In this document: positions 17,632 through 27,304 of the stretch, one piece after another
Numbering within the stretch: the first letter of the stretch is position 1
Layout: each line of letters begins with the position of its first letter
From: a virus
DNA: 64,000 bases
Virus record (IMG/VR): IMGVR_UViG_3300025687_005582
Coordinates: 1 to 64,000 of that record
Direction: 5' to 3' (one strand)
Notes under the pieces: model-generated
Told to the model about the DNA's origin: nothing
The model's input: only the letters and a program-made list of their open reading frames with translations
Databases searched by the model: none
Position numbers and translations under genes: made by a program

Positions 17632-18342
17632 ATGATGACTAGTTTAGCAGTAATTCCCGCCCGAGGCGGTAGCACCAGACTTAAAGATAAAAACGTTTAT
17701 CCTCTCGCCGGAAAACCTCTTATACGATGGATGACTGAAGCAGTAGTAGAGTCAGGATGTTTTGATCAGATATTGATATCTACGGATTCGGATGCTATCT
17801 ACGATGCTGTATCTGATTTGCCGGTAGAGAGACATTCACGCCCACCAGAACACGCAACGGTACAGGCAACAGCATTAAACGCTATGCTGGATTTAATGGA
17901 GAGTATTGAGACCCCATCTGATATATTTGCTTATTTTCTCCCTACTTGCCCGTTTGTAAGTTCGGAAGACATAAAAAATGGATACAAGGTGCTTTTTGAT
18001 CGATCCGTGGACACAGTCATCAGTATGACTCAAGTTCCGGAGACTATACAGCTGGCTTGTAACATGAAAGATGGTTGGGTTATGCCCATCTTTGACAATC
18101 TAGAGGCTGGACTTACCAATAGTAAATTCATCAAAAAATACTACAAGCCATCTGGAGCCTTCTATATGGGGCATTGGAACCGCGTACTAGAACAGAGAAA
18201 CTTCTTTAAAGGCAACGTAAAGGGTGTCCTCATCCCACCAGAGAGGTCCATAGATATTAATACCTTAGAAGATATTAAATATGCGGAGAGTATACGAAAT
18301 AACTTTATTGCGGCACCACCCGATGCTAATATAAGTAAATAG
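17632..18342 (+). CDS. CMP-ulosonate synthetase (NeuA-type acylneuraminate cytidylyltransferase)
   Basis: IPARGGSTRLKDKN, ISTDS, LPTCPF, SIDINTLED. Confidence 0.9.
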   Translation: MMTSLAVIPARGGSTRLKDKNVYPLAGKPLIRWMTEAVVESGCFDQILISTDSDAIYDAVSDLPVERHSRPPEHATVQATALNAMLDLMESIETPSDIFAYFLPTCPFVSSEDIKNGYKVLFDRSVDTVISMTQVPETIQLACNMKDGWVMPIFDNLEAGLTNSKFIKKYYKPSGAFYMGHWNRVLEQRNFFKGNVKGVLIPPERSIDINTLEDIKYAESIRNNFIAAPPDANISK

Positions 18343-18360
18343 AAAGGATTATGGCAAAAT

Positions 18361-19278
18361 ATGTTTAAGAAAATAAGGGCGCGTTATGCGATAAGAGCGT
18401 TCGGAAGAGATAAATTCCCTCAAAAACCGCGTTATGAAATAACACCAAATGACATAATCCAAAACTTTACCAAAACAACTTTGGTCAGCGAAGGAACCAA
18501 AGTTAGTTCTATTGGTTCCTGTTTTGCAGAGGAGATACTTATTTGGCTGAACCAGAATAACTTCAATACAGTCCAGCCTGGATGGGGTATGGTTTATAAC
18601 CCTCGTAATATTAAGTTAATAGTCAAAGCCGCCCTAGAATATGAAACATTTAGCCCTTCTGAGAGGCTATGGGATTTTGGCGACGGCGATATAAGAACAC
18701 CGTACATTAAATGTCAATCACTACAACCGATGTTTCTGGGGTCGAATATAGAAGAAGCGCTGAAGAAAGAGGAAGAGATATTTCAAAAATTTGCTAATGT
18801 ATTAAAGAATATAGATGTTCTTATCATTACGCTAGGCCAGACAGAGTATTGGCATTTCGAGGGAGACAAGGAATACCCATTTTATGCGGCTCCCTGGGCA
18901 GGTATCGAGGGAGGAAAAGAAAAACATAGATTTTCAAACTTAACTCAATCTGAGGTGTGTTCTGATTTACGGGAGACTATAGACTTGCTTAAGAAGCACA
19001 ACTCAAATCTAAAGATACTAGTATCAGTATCACCAGTTCCTTTAGTTGCTTCAACCCAAAAGGGATTGAGTGCATATGTATATGCTGGTGCCGCCAAATC
19101 ATCACTTCACAGCGCTGTTATGGAAGTGGTGACGGATAGCGAGGATGTATTTTATATGCCCTCATATGAGATAGTCATGGCTGAGCCGCACAAATCCTTT
19201 AAAGATGATGGTCGCCATGTATTGAGAACTACAGTTGATAAGATCATGAATACGTTTAAAGAGTTATATGTTTTATGA
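18361..19278 (+). CDS. GSCFA-domain protein
   Basis: SIGSCFA, ITLGQTE, SVSPVPL, AKSSL, YMPSYE, DGRHV. Confidence 0.88.
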   Translation: MFKKIRARYAIRAFGRDKFPQKPRYEITPNDIIQNFTKTTLVSEGTKVSSIGSCFAEEILIWLNQNNFNTVQPGWGMVYNPRNIKLIVKAALEYETFSPSERLWDFGDGDIRTPYIKCQSLQPMFLGSNIEEALKKEEEIFQKFANVLKNIDVLIITLGQTEYWHFEGDKEYPFYAAPWAGIEGGKEKHRFSNLTQSEVCSDLRETIDLLKKHNSNLKILVSVSPVPLVASTQKGLSAYVYAGAAKSSLHSAVMEVVTDSEDVFYMPSYEIVMAEPHKSFKDDGRHVLRTTVDKIMNTFKELYVL

Positions 19279-19306
19279 TATACGCGACAATAAGAGGAGA
19301 AAAGAT

Positions 19307-20488
19307 ATGAAAACAGTTTTCCTAGATCTTGGGAGACAGCCAATCGCTAATGGTTTTGTAAAAATAGCTAATCCTGTAAATGAATATTTTTTTGATTTAA
19401 GAGTGTTATTTGATGACGATACGTATCTAGTATCATTAGAAGAGTTCGTTCCTCCTGAAAAAATGTTTAATGAGGAATATGTATATAAATCATCAATGTC
19501 GCGTACAATGCAATCGCATTTTGAAAAAACGGCAAATAACCTTAAGAAAGAGTTTAATCCACAAAGAAGCTTGGAAATAGGCAGTAATGATGGGGTTTTT
19601 GTTTCACACTTTAATGCCAATACTACTATTGCTGTTGAGCCTTGTGGAAATTTCGCAAAAATAACTAATGAATTAGGGTATTCTACTTATCCAGAATTTT
19701 GGACATTCGATCTGGCAGAAAAAATTCTCTGCGAACACGGATCTCGGGATTTAATATTTTCTGCTAACTGTATGTGTCACATTGGCAATATACAAGATGC
19801 TTTTAAAGCTGTAGAACACACACTTTCGGATAATGGAGTTTTTGTCTTTGAGGACCCTTCGTTATTGAAGATGATAGAAAGAGGGTCTTATGATCAAATA
19901 TATGATGAACATGCTCACATTTTTTCTGTGCTATCAATAGATAAGTTGCTTAAAGAAGCAGGACTTGAGATCTTTAGAGTGAAGGCGTTAAAAGTACACG
20001 GAGGCTCCAATAGATTCTATGTTAAAAAGTTGTCTAACAATAATATAGAAGTGGAGCAGAACGTATATGATGCATTAAAAGCTGAAAAAGCAGCTGGCCT
20101 AGCAGATTTGATTACCTATCAAAATTTTAGCATTAGAGTCGAGAAATCAAAAAAAGATTTACTTAAACTTTTACATGATTATAAGTTAGCTGGAAAAAAG
20201 ATAGTGAGTTACGGTGGTACTTCTAAGTCTACAACAGTTTTTAACTATTGCGGTATAGGACCAGACTTAATAGATTATGTAGTGGACACTACGCTTGATA
20301 AGCAGAATAAGTTTTCTCCTGGGGTTCACATTCCTGTTGTCTCACCAGAGGCCGGCTTTGATGAATCAGTAGAAGTAGCATTCTTGGGAGCCTGGAACTA
20401 TGAAGAGGAAATACTTCAAAAAGAAGTTGAATATTTAGCTAGAGGTGGTGTTTTTGTGACGCATGTGCCTAGTGTTAGAGCTTTGTAA
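19307..20488 (+). CDS. NDP-hexose C-methyltransferase (TylCIII/NovU/TcaB9-like)
   Basis: DLGRQPIAN, LEIGSNDG, ANCMCH, IYDEH, HGGSNR, YGGTSK, AWNY; ATG19307 after GAGGAG. Confidence 0.9.
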   Translation: MKTVFLDLGRQPIANGFVKIANPVNEYFFDLRVLFDDDTYLVSLEEFVPPEKMFNEEYVYKSSMSRTMQSHFEKTANNLKKEFNPQRSLEIGSNDGVFVSHFNANTTIAVEPCGNFAKITNELGYSTYPEFWTFDLAEKILCEHGSRDLIFSANCMCHIGNIQDAFKAVEHTLSDNGVFVFEDPSLLKMIERGSYDQIYDEHAHIFSVLSIDKLLKEAGLEIFRVKALKVHGGSNRFYVKKLSNNNIEVEQNVYDALKAEKAAGLADLITYQNFSIRVEKSKKDLLKLLHDYKLAGKKIVSYGGTSKSTTVFNYCGIGPDLIDYVVDTTLDKQNKFSPGVHIPVVSPEAGFDESVEVAFLGAWNYEEEILQKEVEYLARGGVFVTHVPSVRAL

Positions 20489-20490
20489 AA

Positions 20491-20916
20491 ATGTCAACAA
20501 ACTTAACTAGCGTGATAAACGTTCAATATCACGAGGACGACCGCGCACAGAGATGTCTTAACTTATTTCCTGATGTGGCAGATCAAATTAATATTTCTCA
20601 TGTTAATTCAACTAATCATATTGTTGCATGGCATAAGCACGAGAAACAGACTGATTATTGGTTTTGTGTCAGAGGATCATTCAAAGTGGGATTGGCGATT
20701 CCAACTAAAGATGGCAAATACGAAGTGAAGTGGGAATATTTATCCGATAAATATCCTCGATCTTTATCTATAAAGCCCGGTGTGTATCACGGGTATAAAG
20801 CTCTAGAGCCAGGATCCATCATGTTATATTATTTAACAGAGAAATATGATCCACACGATGAATACCGCGCCCCACCGGGAGCCTTTGGTGAAGATTGGTC
20901 TACGGAGGACAAATAA
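20491..20916 (+). CDS. RmlC-like cupin sugar epimerase
   Basis: HEDDR, AWHKH, QTDYW, PGVYHGYKAL, YDPHDEYR. Confidence 0.8.
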   Translation: MSTNLTSVINVQYHEDDRAQRCLNLFPDVADQINISHVNSTNHIVAWHKHEKQTDYWFCVRGSFKVGLAIPTKDGKYEVKWEYLSDKYPRSLSIKPGVYHGYKALEPGSIMLYYLTEKYDPHDEYRAPPGAFGEDWSTEDK

Positions 20917-20955
20917 TGATTACTAACAATACAGTTATTTTTGAGCCCCTAAAAC

Positions 20956-21381
20956 ATGAGTAAGTATATGAAAAGCCTAAGCGATGTAAAATTAGTTAAG
21001 TTAAATCCGAATACAAGCAGAAGAGGAAATCTGGTTGCTTTAGAAGAATCTGAAATACCATTTAATATAAGAAGAGTATTTTATGTGTACGGAGTCCCGG
21101 ATCAAGAAAGAAGAGGAGGACATGCGCATAAGACAACAGAGCAACTACTAATATGTCTTAACGGAGAATGTAAAGTTATTTGCTCAGATGGAAATAATTT
21201 TAAAGAGACTGTTTTAAACTCTTCGTCCACTGGATTATATATTCCTAATGAAATTTGGGATGAACAAATATACATCACTCATGATACAATATTGTTGGTA
21301 TTATCTAACACGCTTTATAATCGAAATGATTATATAGAGAGCTTTGAACAATTTAAGGAGTATAGGAATGAGCAGACTTAA
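20956..21381 (+). CDS. FdtA/QdtA-type dTDP-4-keto-6-deoxyhexose 3,4-ketoisomerase
   Basis: RGNLVALE, PFNIRRVFY, RGGHAHK, DYI. Confidence 0.9.
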   Translation: MSKYMKSLSDVKLVKLNPNTSRRGNLVALEESEIPFNIRRVFYVYGVPDQERRGGHAHKTTEQLLICLNGECKVICSDGNNFKETVLNSSSTGLYIPNEIWDEQIYITHDTILLVLSNTLYNRNDYIESFEQFKEYRNEQT

Positions 21382-22123
21382 CAGATGGCACACGCCAGAG
21401 GAAGTTAAATTATATTTTTCTAATTCCATCAATGATTTGGAGCGGATCGCTAGTCATACTCATAGTTCTAAAGTTTATGACCCAGAATGTGCTCGATATT
21501 GCGAATGGTATGCAAAACACTTTAATGAACGTCGAAACCAAAGACTTCGAATATTAGAAATTGGTGTAAAAAATGGAGACTCCCTTCTAATGTGGAAGGA
21601 ATATTTTCCGAATAGTAAAATTTTTGGATTGGAGTATAATCCGGAACCGTTAGTAGACTTTAATCATGAAGATATTGAAGTGTTTATAGGAGACCAGTCA
21701 GATGTAGAACTGCTAGAAAGAATCGCCAAAGAAGCGGGTCCTTTTGACATTATTATTGATGACGCCAGCCATGTTATGGAACATCACCAGATTAGTTTTA
21801 ATTATCTTTTTGTTAATGCTCTCAATAAAGACGGTGGTGTGTATGTGATTGAGGATTTAGGCACCTCTTACTGGGCTCAATATGGTGGCGGTCTTCTTAG
21901 GGAAACGGCAACTATTGAGGTAATGAAGAATCTTGTGGATAATATTAATTATCGATTTTATAAAGGGGACCGAAAAGAGTATGTGGGTATACCTCCGCAT
22001 GACAAAACGGACGCTACTTATTTTGATCTAAACGTGGAAGGGATCTCATTTTACAAGGGAATGTGTTTTATACAGAAGGGCGATAACTGTAAGTATTGCG
22101 ATGATAAACAAGAAAATACATAG
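21368..22123 (+). CDS. Class I SAM methyltransferase (MycE-like sugar O-methyltransferase)
   Basis: ILEIGV, GDQSD, DIIIDDASH, GGVYVIEDL.TSY. Confidence 0.85.
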   Translation: MSRLNRWHTPEEVKLYFSNSINDLERIASHTHSSKVYDPECARYCEWYAKHFNERRNQRLRILEIGVKNGDSLLMWKEYFPNSKIFGLEYNPEPLVDFNHEDIEVFIGDQSDVELLERIAKEAGPFDIIIDDASHVMEHHQISFNYLFVNALNKDGGVYVIEDLGTSYWAQYGGGLLRETATIEVMKNLVDNINYRFYKGDRKEYVGIPPHDKTDATYFDLNVEGISFYKGMCFIQKGDNCKYCDDKQENT

Positions 22124-22772
22124 AATTGACTCACCGTTCCCAGCTGTTTCAATAGATAATTTTATACCTTCTGAGGCATTGGTTCGAGCTGCAGCAGCTA
22201 GTTTTGATTCACTGTCGCCTGATGAATGGGTAAGGTACGAGAGTGAAAGTGGTCAAGTACAATATTGTTCTAAGATTCCAAGGCAGTCAACACCTGAAGC
22301 ATTGATGGTTTTAGATTATATAGCTACTCATTTTGATCCAAATAAAATATTCTCTGATTTTAATACAAAAGCTTTTCCGGATACAACCCATTATGGAGGA
22401 GGGATGATGCTTACTCCAAATAGCAATGGACAAGGAGGATATCTTGGAATGCATGTAGATGCTTCTGCTCATGGATTAAGACCTAGGTGGAAAAGAGAGT
22501 ATAGTGCTATATTATGCATCTCTGAAGAATACGATGAATCGTTTGATTTACTTATACATGATGGAGATAAAAAACATGCTCGCATTCCTTATAAATTTAA
22601 TCGGCTTAATGTCTTCAAGTGTTCTAAAAACTCATGGCACGGCCTACCAGAAATAACTAAAGGCTTAGATCGCAAAACATTGGGAGTTATGTATTGGTCT
22701 ATTGTAGATCCCAATGAAGATGATCATGATCAAGTAAAAGCTCAATTTAGATATGATTTGGAGTTTAAGTGA
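22101..22772 (+). CDS. 2OG-Fe(II) oxygenase
   Basis: IDNF, HVD (HxD), FNR, WHG, RKTL. Confidence 0.85.
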   Translation: MINKKIHRIDSPFPAVSIDNFIPSEALVRAAAASFDSLSPDEWVRYESESGQVQYCSKIPRQSTPEALMVLDYIATHFDPNKIFSDFNTKAFPDTTHYGGGMMLTPNSNGQGGYLGMHVDASAHGLRPRWKREYSAILCISEEYDESFDLLIHDGDKKHARIPYKFNRLNVFKCSKNSWHGLPEITKGLDRKTLGVMYWSIVDPNEDDHDQVKAQFRYDLEFK

Positions 22773-23407
22773 AAATATTGTTTTATGGTGGAACTGGACA
22801 ATCTAAAGTGATGCGACCAATAGCTGAAAAAATTGGTGATCTTAAGGTAGTTCTTGATGATACAAACTCAATCGAACCTCCGTTTAAAGATGTGGATTTT
22901 TATCATGGGAAGTTGTGCTACGAAAGATGGAAAAGAAATACGCCGGATTATAAAGAATATGCTTTTGCTATAACTATAGGAAACCCATCTGCAGCTGCCC
23001 GTTGTATGCTTTATCAAAAATTGAGCGCTGATGGTTTAACTCCACTAACTCTAATACATGATACAGCGTATATAGAGGACAGTGCCAAAATCGGTCTAGG
23101 ATGCCAGATTCATGCTAGGAGCTACGTGGGAACGAATGTGAAAATAGGTAATTTTTGTATTCTTAATACAAATAGCATTGTTGACCACGATTGTATATTG
23201 AACGACGGCGTAGAAATAGCCCCAGGTGCAACCTTATGTGGCAATGTAGAAGTTGGTAAAGATGCTTGGATAGGAGCAAATGCAACCATATTGCCAAGAC
23301 TTGAGCTTGGAAAATCATCTATTGCAGGCGCTGGATCGGTGGTGACTCGCAACATACCAGATAAAGATATTTGGGTTGGCAATCCAGCGCGCCCACTGCA
23401 GAAATAA
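22769..23407 (+). CDS. PglD/NeuD-type hexapeptide-repeat acetyltransferase
   Basis: YGGTGQSK, IGNP, IVDHD, LbH repeats, VGNPAR. Confidence 0.9.
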   Translation: MKILFYGGTGQSKVMRPIAEKIGDLKVVLDDTNSIEPPFKDVDFYHGKLCYERWKRNTPDYKEYAFAITIGNPSAAARCMLYQKLSADGLTPLTLIHDTAYIEDSAKIGLGCQIHARSYVGTNVKIGNFCILNTNSIVDHDCILNDGVEIAPGATLCGNVEVGKDAWIGANATILPRLELGKSSIAGAGSVVTRNIPDKDIWVGNPARPLQK

Positions 23408-23423
23408 GATAAGGAACTGTAGG

Positions 23424-24551
23424 ATGAAAATGGATAAAATCTATATGGCCGGCGCCGACGTTGGCGATTTGGAGATAGAATATGTTGTTGATGCTCTAAA
23501 AAATGGATGGTATGAAGACAAATATTACTATTGTGAAAAACTTCAACAAGAGTTTGCAGATTATCATGGACGAAAATATGCTTTAATGACGCCAAACTGT
23601 ACTACGAGTTTACATCTTGTTCTAGCAGCCCTTGATATCGGCCCTGGCGATGAGATTCTGGTGCCAGAATGTACATGGATTGCATCGGTGTCACCAGTTG
23701 TGCAGTGCGGCGCAACTCCAATTTTTTGCGATATTGATCCTCAAAGTTGGTGTATTAGTGTTGAATCCATCAAAGCCTCTATCACGTCAAATACAAAAGG
23801 AATTATAGCCGTAGATTTATTTGGTAGTATGCCTGAAATTAATGAGATTCAAAAGATATGTGATGATAATGGTCTATTCCTAATCGAAGATGCAGCAGAA
23901 GCTTTAGGAACAATCTATAATGGCCAACGCGCCGGAAGTTTTGGAATAGCATCAACTTTCAGTTTTCACAATACTAAAACTATGACAACCGGTGAGGGGG
24001 GAATGCTATTAACGGATGATGTTGACTTATATGAAAAATGCGTTCCTCTCCGTGATCATGGGCGCCGACCAACGACGAAACCGTATTTTAATGAAATGGT
24101 TGCCTATAAATATATGCCGTTCAATGTACAAGCAGCGCTGGGATTAGCGCAGTTCCGGCGTATTGAGGAATTGGTTAAAATCCAACGACATCATTATGAA
24201 TTTTATCGAAATGAGTTGTCGGATCTAGATGTACAATTTAATCATGAACCGGAAAATGTTTTTAATAGTGCTTGGATCACCGGGATGGTGGTTGGTCAGG
24301 AATATAACTTAAACAAGCATGAACTTATGGCAGCCTTGTCTGAAATCGGAGTTCCATCTCGCCCTTTCTTTTACCCATTATCAAGTATTCCAGCGTTTGA
24401 GCTTGAAAATGTATATAATCATAAAAATAATATAGCCTATGATGTATCATCTAGAGGTATCAATCTCCCGGGCGCTGCCAATCTTACAGATGATCAGTTA
24501 AAATTTATTTCTGATGGTATTCGCAAGGTATTGATCAAGAAAGGAAAATAA
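23424..24551 (+). CDS. DegT/DnrJ PLP sugar aminotransferase (perosamine synthase-like)
   Basis: NCTTSLH, IEDAAEALG, FSFHNTKTMTTGEGG. Confidence 0.92.
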   Translation: MKMDKIYMAGADVGDLEIEYVVDALKNGWYEDKYYYCEKLQQEFADYHGRKYALMTPNCTTSLHLVLAALDIGPGDEILVPECTWIASVSPVVQCGATPIFCDIDPQSWCISVESIKASITSNTKGIIAVDLFGSMPEINEIQKICDDNGLFLIEDAAEALGTIYNGQRAGSFGIASTFSFHNTKTMTTGEGGMLLTDDVDLYEKCVPLRDHGRRPTTKPYFNEMVAYKYMPFNVQAALGLAQFRRIEELVKIQRHHYEFYRNELSDLDVQFNHEPENVFNSAWITGMVVGQEYNLNKHELMAALSEIGVPSRPFFYPLSSIPAFELENVYNHKNNIAYDVSSRGINLPGAANLTDDQLKFISDGIRKVLIKKGK

Positions 24552-24562
24552 AACATAATACT

Positions 24563-25486
24563 ATGATACCGTTATTTAACATAGAAAACTATGTGATTGA
24601 CACTTCCAAATTCGATCATGCCTTGCATGATTCGGGTGTATTGAAATTTGAAGAGTCGTTCGCTGAGTATGTGGGGGCAAGATATGCTTGTTCTGTTAAT
24701 AGCGCAACGAGTGCAATTTTTCTCATCTTCTTGAACAAAAATATAAAAGTAAATGTTCCTAGTATAATCCCACCAGTAGTATTAAATGCTTTGTACAATG
24801 CCGGTAATACGATTAATTTTGTTGATAATGTTGACTGGGTAGGAGATTCATATATCTTACACGAGTTTGCTGACTATAAAGTGATTGATTCTGCTCAAAA
24901 AGTTAAACCAAACCAGTTCCAACTGGAAGCAAACCCTAATGATCTAATGCTTTTTAGTTTTTATCCGACTAAGCCGGTGGGAAGTTTGGATGGTGGTATG
25001 ATAGTATCAAATGACTATGAAAAGATTTCCTATTTTAAAGAAGCTGTGATGAATGGTATGAGTTATAATCATAATAATTGGGATCGTCGTATAAAGTTTC
25101 CGGGGTGGAAGATGTATCTCAATTCTTTCCAGGCTGCTATCGCAGCCGAGAATCTAAAGAAGCTTCCTAATAAATTGGAACATCTAGAGTATGTACGAGA
25201 CTTCTATAACACAGAGCTTGGTCTAAACAACAATAGCGACCATCTATACAGGATTGAAGTGTCTAATAATGCAGAAGTTATCGCGGCTTTGGAGGAAGTA
25301 GGCATTTCGTGTGGAATACATTATGCTGCCATGCATCTTCATCCAGTATACGGAACAATAAGCGAGTCAGACTGCCCTCGATCTGAGAAAATAGAAAAAA
25401 GCACTTTAAGCATTCCTTTTAATGAAAAGTTAACAAAGAAAAATTTACAGGATGTAGTGAAGCATGTTAGAGGCTGGATGGTATGA
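24563..25486 (+). CDS. Second, shortened DegT/DnrJ aminotransferase
   Basis: VNSATSA, IDSAQ, FSFYPTKPVGSLDGG. Confidence 0.85.
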   Translation: MIPLFNIENYVIDTSKFDHALHDSGVLKFEESFAEYVGARYACSVNSATSAIFLIFLNKNIKVNVPSIIPPVVLNALYNAGNTINFVDNVDWVGDSYILHEFADYKVIDSAQKVKPNQFQLEANPNDLMLFSFYPTKPVGSLDGGMIVSNDYEKISYFKEAVMNGMSYNHNNWDRRIKFPGWKMYLNSFQAAIAAENLKKLPNKLEHLEYVRDFYNTELGLNNNSDHLYRIEVSNNAEVIAALEEVGISCGIHYAAMHLHPVYGTISESDCPRSEKIEKSTLSIPFNEKLTKKNLQDVVKHVRGWMV

Positions 25487-26373
25487 AAGGCATTATATTG
25501 GCTGGAGGCTCCGGAACGCGATTAAACCCAATAACGATTGGAGTTACGAAACAATTATTGCCGGTATACAACAAGCCACTCATTTATTACCCATTATCTA
25601 CTTTAATGTGGGGTGGTATTCGAGAAATTTTAATCATTTGTAAAAACAAAGATTTGAACTCTTTTAAAGAGTTATTTGGCGACGGTTCCCAACTTGGACT
25701 AGAAATAGAGTATAGAATTCAAGAGCACCCAGGGGGTATCGCAGAGGCATTTCTAATCGGAGAAGACTTTATTGCTGGAGATGATGTATGTTTAATCTTA
25801 GGAGATAATATCTTTTATGGAAATAACTTAGGAATCACACTTGAAGAAAATATAAATCATATCAAACATAACGGAGGGGCTCTTATTTATGGCCATGCTG
25901 TAAACAACCCGCAAGATTATGGAGTAGCTTACTTAAGCAAAAGTGGCATTCTTAATAAGATTATTGAAAAACCGAAATCTCCCCGATCGAATATTGCTGT
26001 AGTTGGATTGTACATGTATGACAACACAGTGGTTAATATATCAAAAAGCATCTTACCATCTGATCGCGGAGAAAAAGAAATAACTGACGTAAACCGATTG
26101 TACTTAAACCATAAAAAAATAAGATTACAGTTATTAGGTCGAGGTTTTGCGTGGTACGATTCTGGATCCCCGGAAGCTCTATTTGATGCATCCAACTTTG
26201 TAAAAACCATAGAGTGCCGTCAAGGCGTCAAGATTGCTTGTTTAGAAGAAATTGCCTTTAAAAAAGGATTTATTGGATTTGATCAGTTACATGCGATCGC
26301 CAAAAAACAAAAAAATAGCGATTATGGACGTTATTTGTTAAAGCTGGTAGAAGAAGAGGAAAATAATGGGTAG
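25483..26373 (+). CDS. rmlA: Glucose-1-phosphate thymidylyltransferase
   Basis: GIILAGGSGTRLNP, KQLLPVY, LGDN, EKP, RGEKEITD, LEEIA. Confidence 0.95.
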   Translation: MKGIILAGGSGTRLNPITIGVTKQLLPVYNKPLIYYPLSTLMWGGIREILIICKNKDLNSFKELFGDGSQLGLEIEYRIQEHPGGIAEAFLIGEDFIAGDDVCLILGDNIFYGNNLGITLEENINHIKHNGGALIYGHAVNNPQDYGVAYLSKSGILNKIIEKPKSPRSNIAVVGLYMYDNTVVNISKSILPSDRGEKEITDVNRLYLNHKKIRLQLLGRGFAWYDSGSPEALFDASNFVKTIECRQGVKIACLEEIAFKKGFIGFDQLHAIAKKQKNSDYGRYLLKLVEEEENNG

Positions 26374-27304
26374 AAGCAAAAGTGTGATGATAACAGGCTG
26401 TGCTGGATTTATAGGGAGCCACACAGCAGAAAGATTTTTGGATGCTGGTTATCGAGTGGTCGGCGTTGACGCCATGACATACGCAGCACGAAGATCAAAT
26501 ATTAAAGAATGCTTAAACAATGAAAATTTTACCTTTTATGAGATGGACATATGTGACAACACAGAGATCAAATTGTTGGTTCAAAAATATAATATTGACT
26601 GGATCATTAATTTGGCAGCCGAAACCCATGTTGATAAATCAATCATCGATTGCACTGCTTTTATCAGATCTAACATTGAGGGTGTTAAATCTCTTTTGGA
26701 GGTGGGTCGAGAGCTAAAAACTAAACTTCTACATATTTCTACAGACGAGGTTTATGGTGAAATACGGAAAGGGTCGTTTCGGGAGGATTCTCCTTTAGAG
26801 CCTCGTAATCCTTATTCGGCTACTAAAGCTGCATCTGAACATCTTATCAGAGCATATGCGAACACATATGGAATAGAGTATAAAATGGTGAGACCATCTA
26901 ACAATTTTGGTCCGCGCCAGCACGATGAAAAGTTATTACCGACAGTTATTCGCAATTTAAAATCTGGAAATAAAGTTCCTGTTTATGGTGATGGAAAACA
27001 AGTTAGAGAATGGACATACGTCAAATACACTGCGGAGGCAATATTGTTCGTATTAGAACATGCTCCGGTGAATGATGTATATAATGTATCTAGCGGCTGT
27101 GAAATGGAAAATATCGAGATTATTAAACAAATATGCTCTATGATGGGTAAGGATTTTTCTTTAAGTATTGAAAATATTCCTGATCGTGCGGGACATGATT
27201 TTAGGTATTCTGTATGCCCAGATAAACTGAACAACATCGGTTTCAGAATGCAACACGATACTATTAGTCAGATAGCACATACGATTGAAAAAAGTTATGA
27301 ATGA
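26366..27304 (+). CDS. rmlB: dTDP-glucose 4,6-dehydratase
   Basis: TGCAGFIGS, AAETHVD, STDEVYG, YSATK, NNFGPRQ, DRAGHDFRY. Confidence 0.93.
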   Translation: MGRSKSVMITGCAGFIGSHTAERFLDAGYRVVGVDAMTYAARRSNIKECLNNENFTFYEMDICDNTEIKLLVQKYNIDWIINLAAETHVDKSIIDCTAFIRSNIEGVKSLLEVGRELKTKLLHISTDEVYGEIRKGSFREDSPLEPRNPYSATKAASEHLIRAYANTYGIEYKMVRPSNNFGPRQHDEKLLPTVIRNLKSGNKVPVYGDGKQVREWTYVKYTAEAILFVLEHAPVNDVYNVSSGCEMENIEIIKQICSMMGKDFSLSIENIPDRAGHDFRYSVCPDKLNNIGFRMQHDTISQIAHTIEKSYE

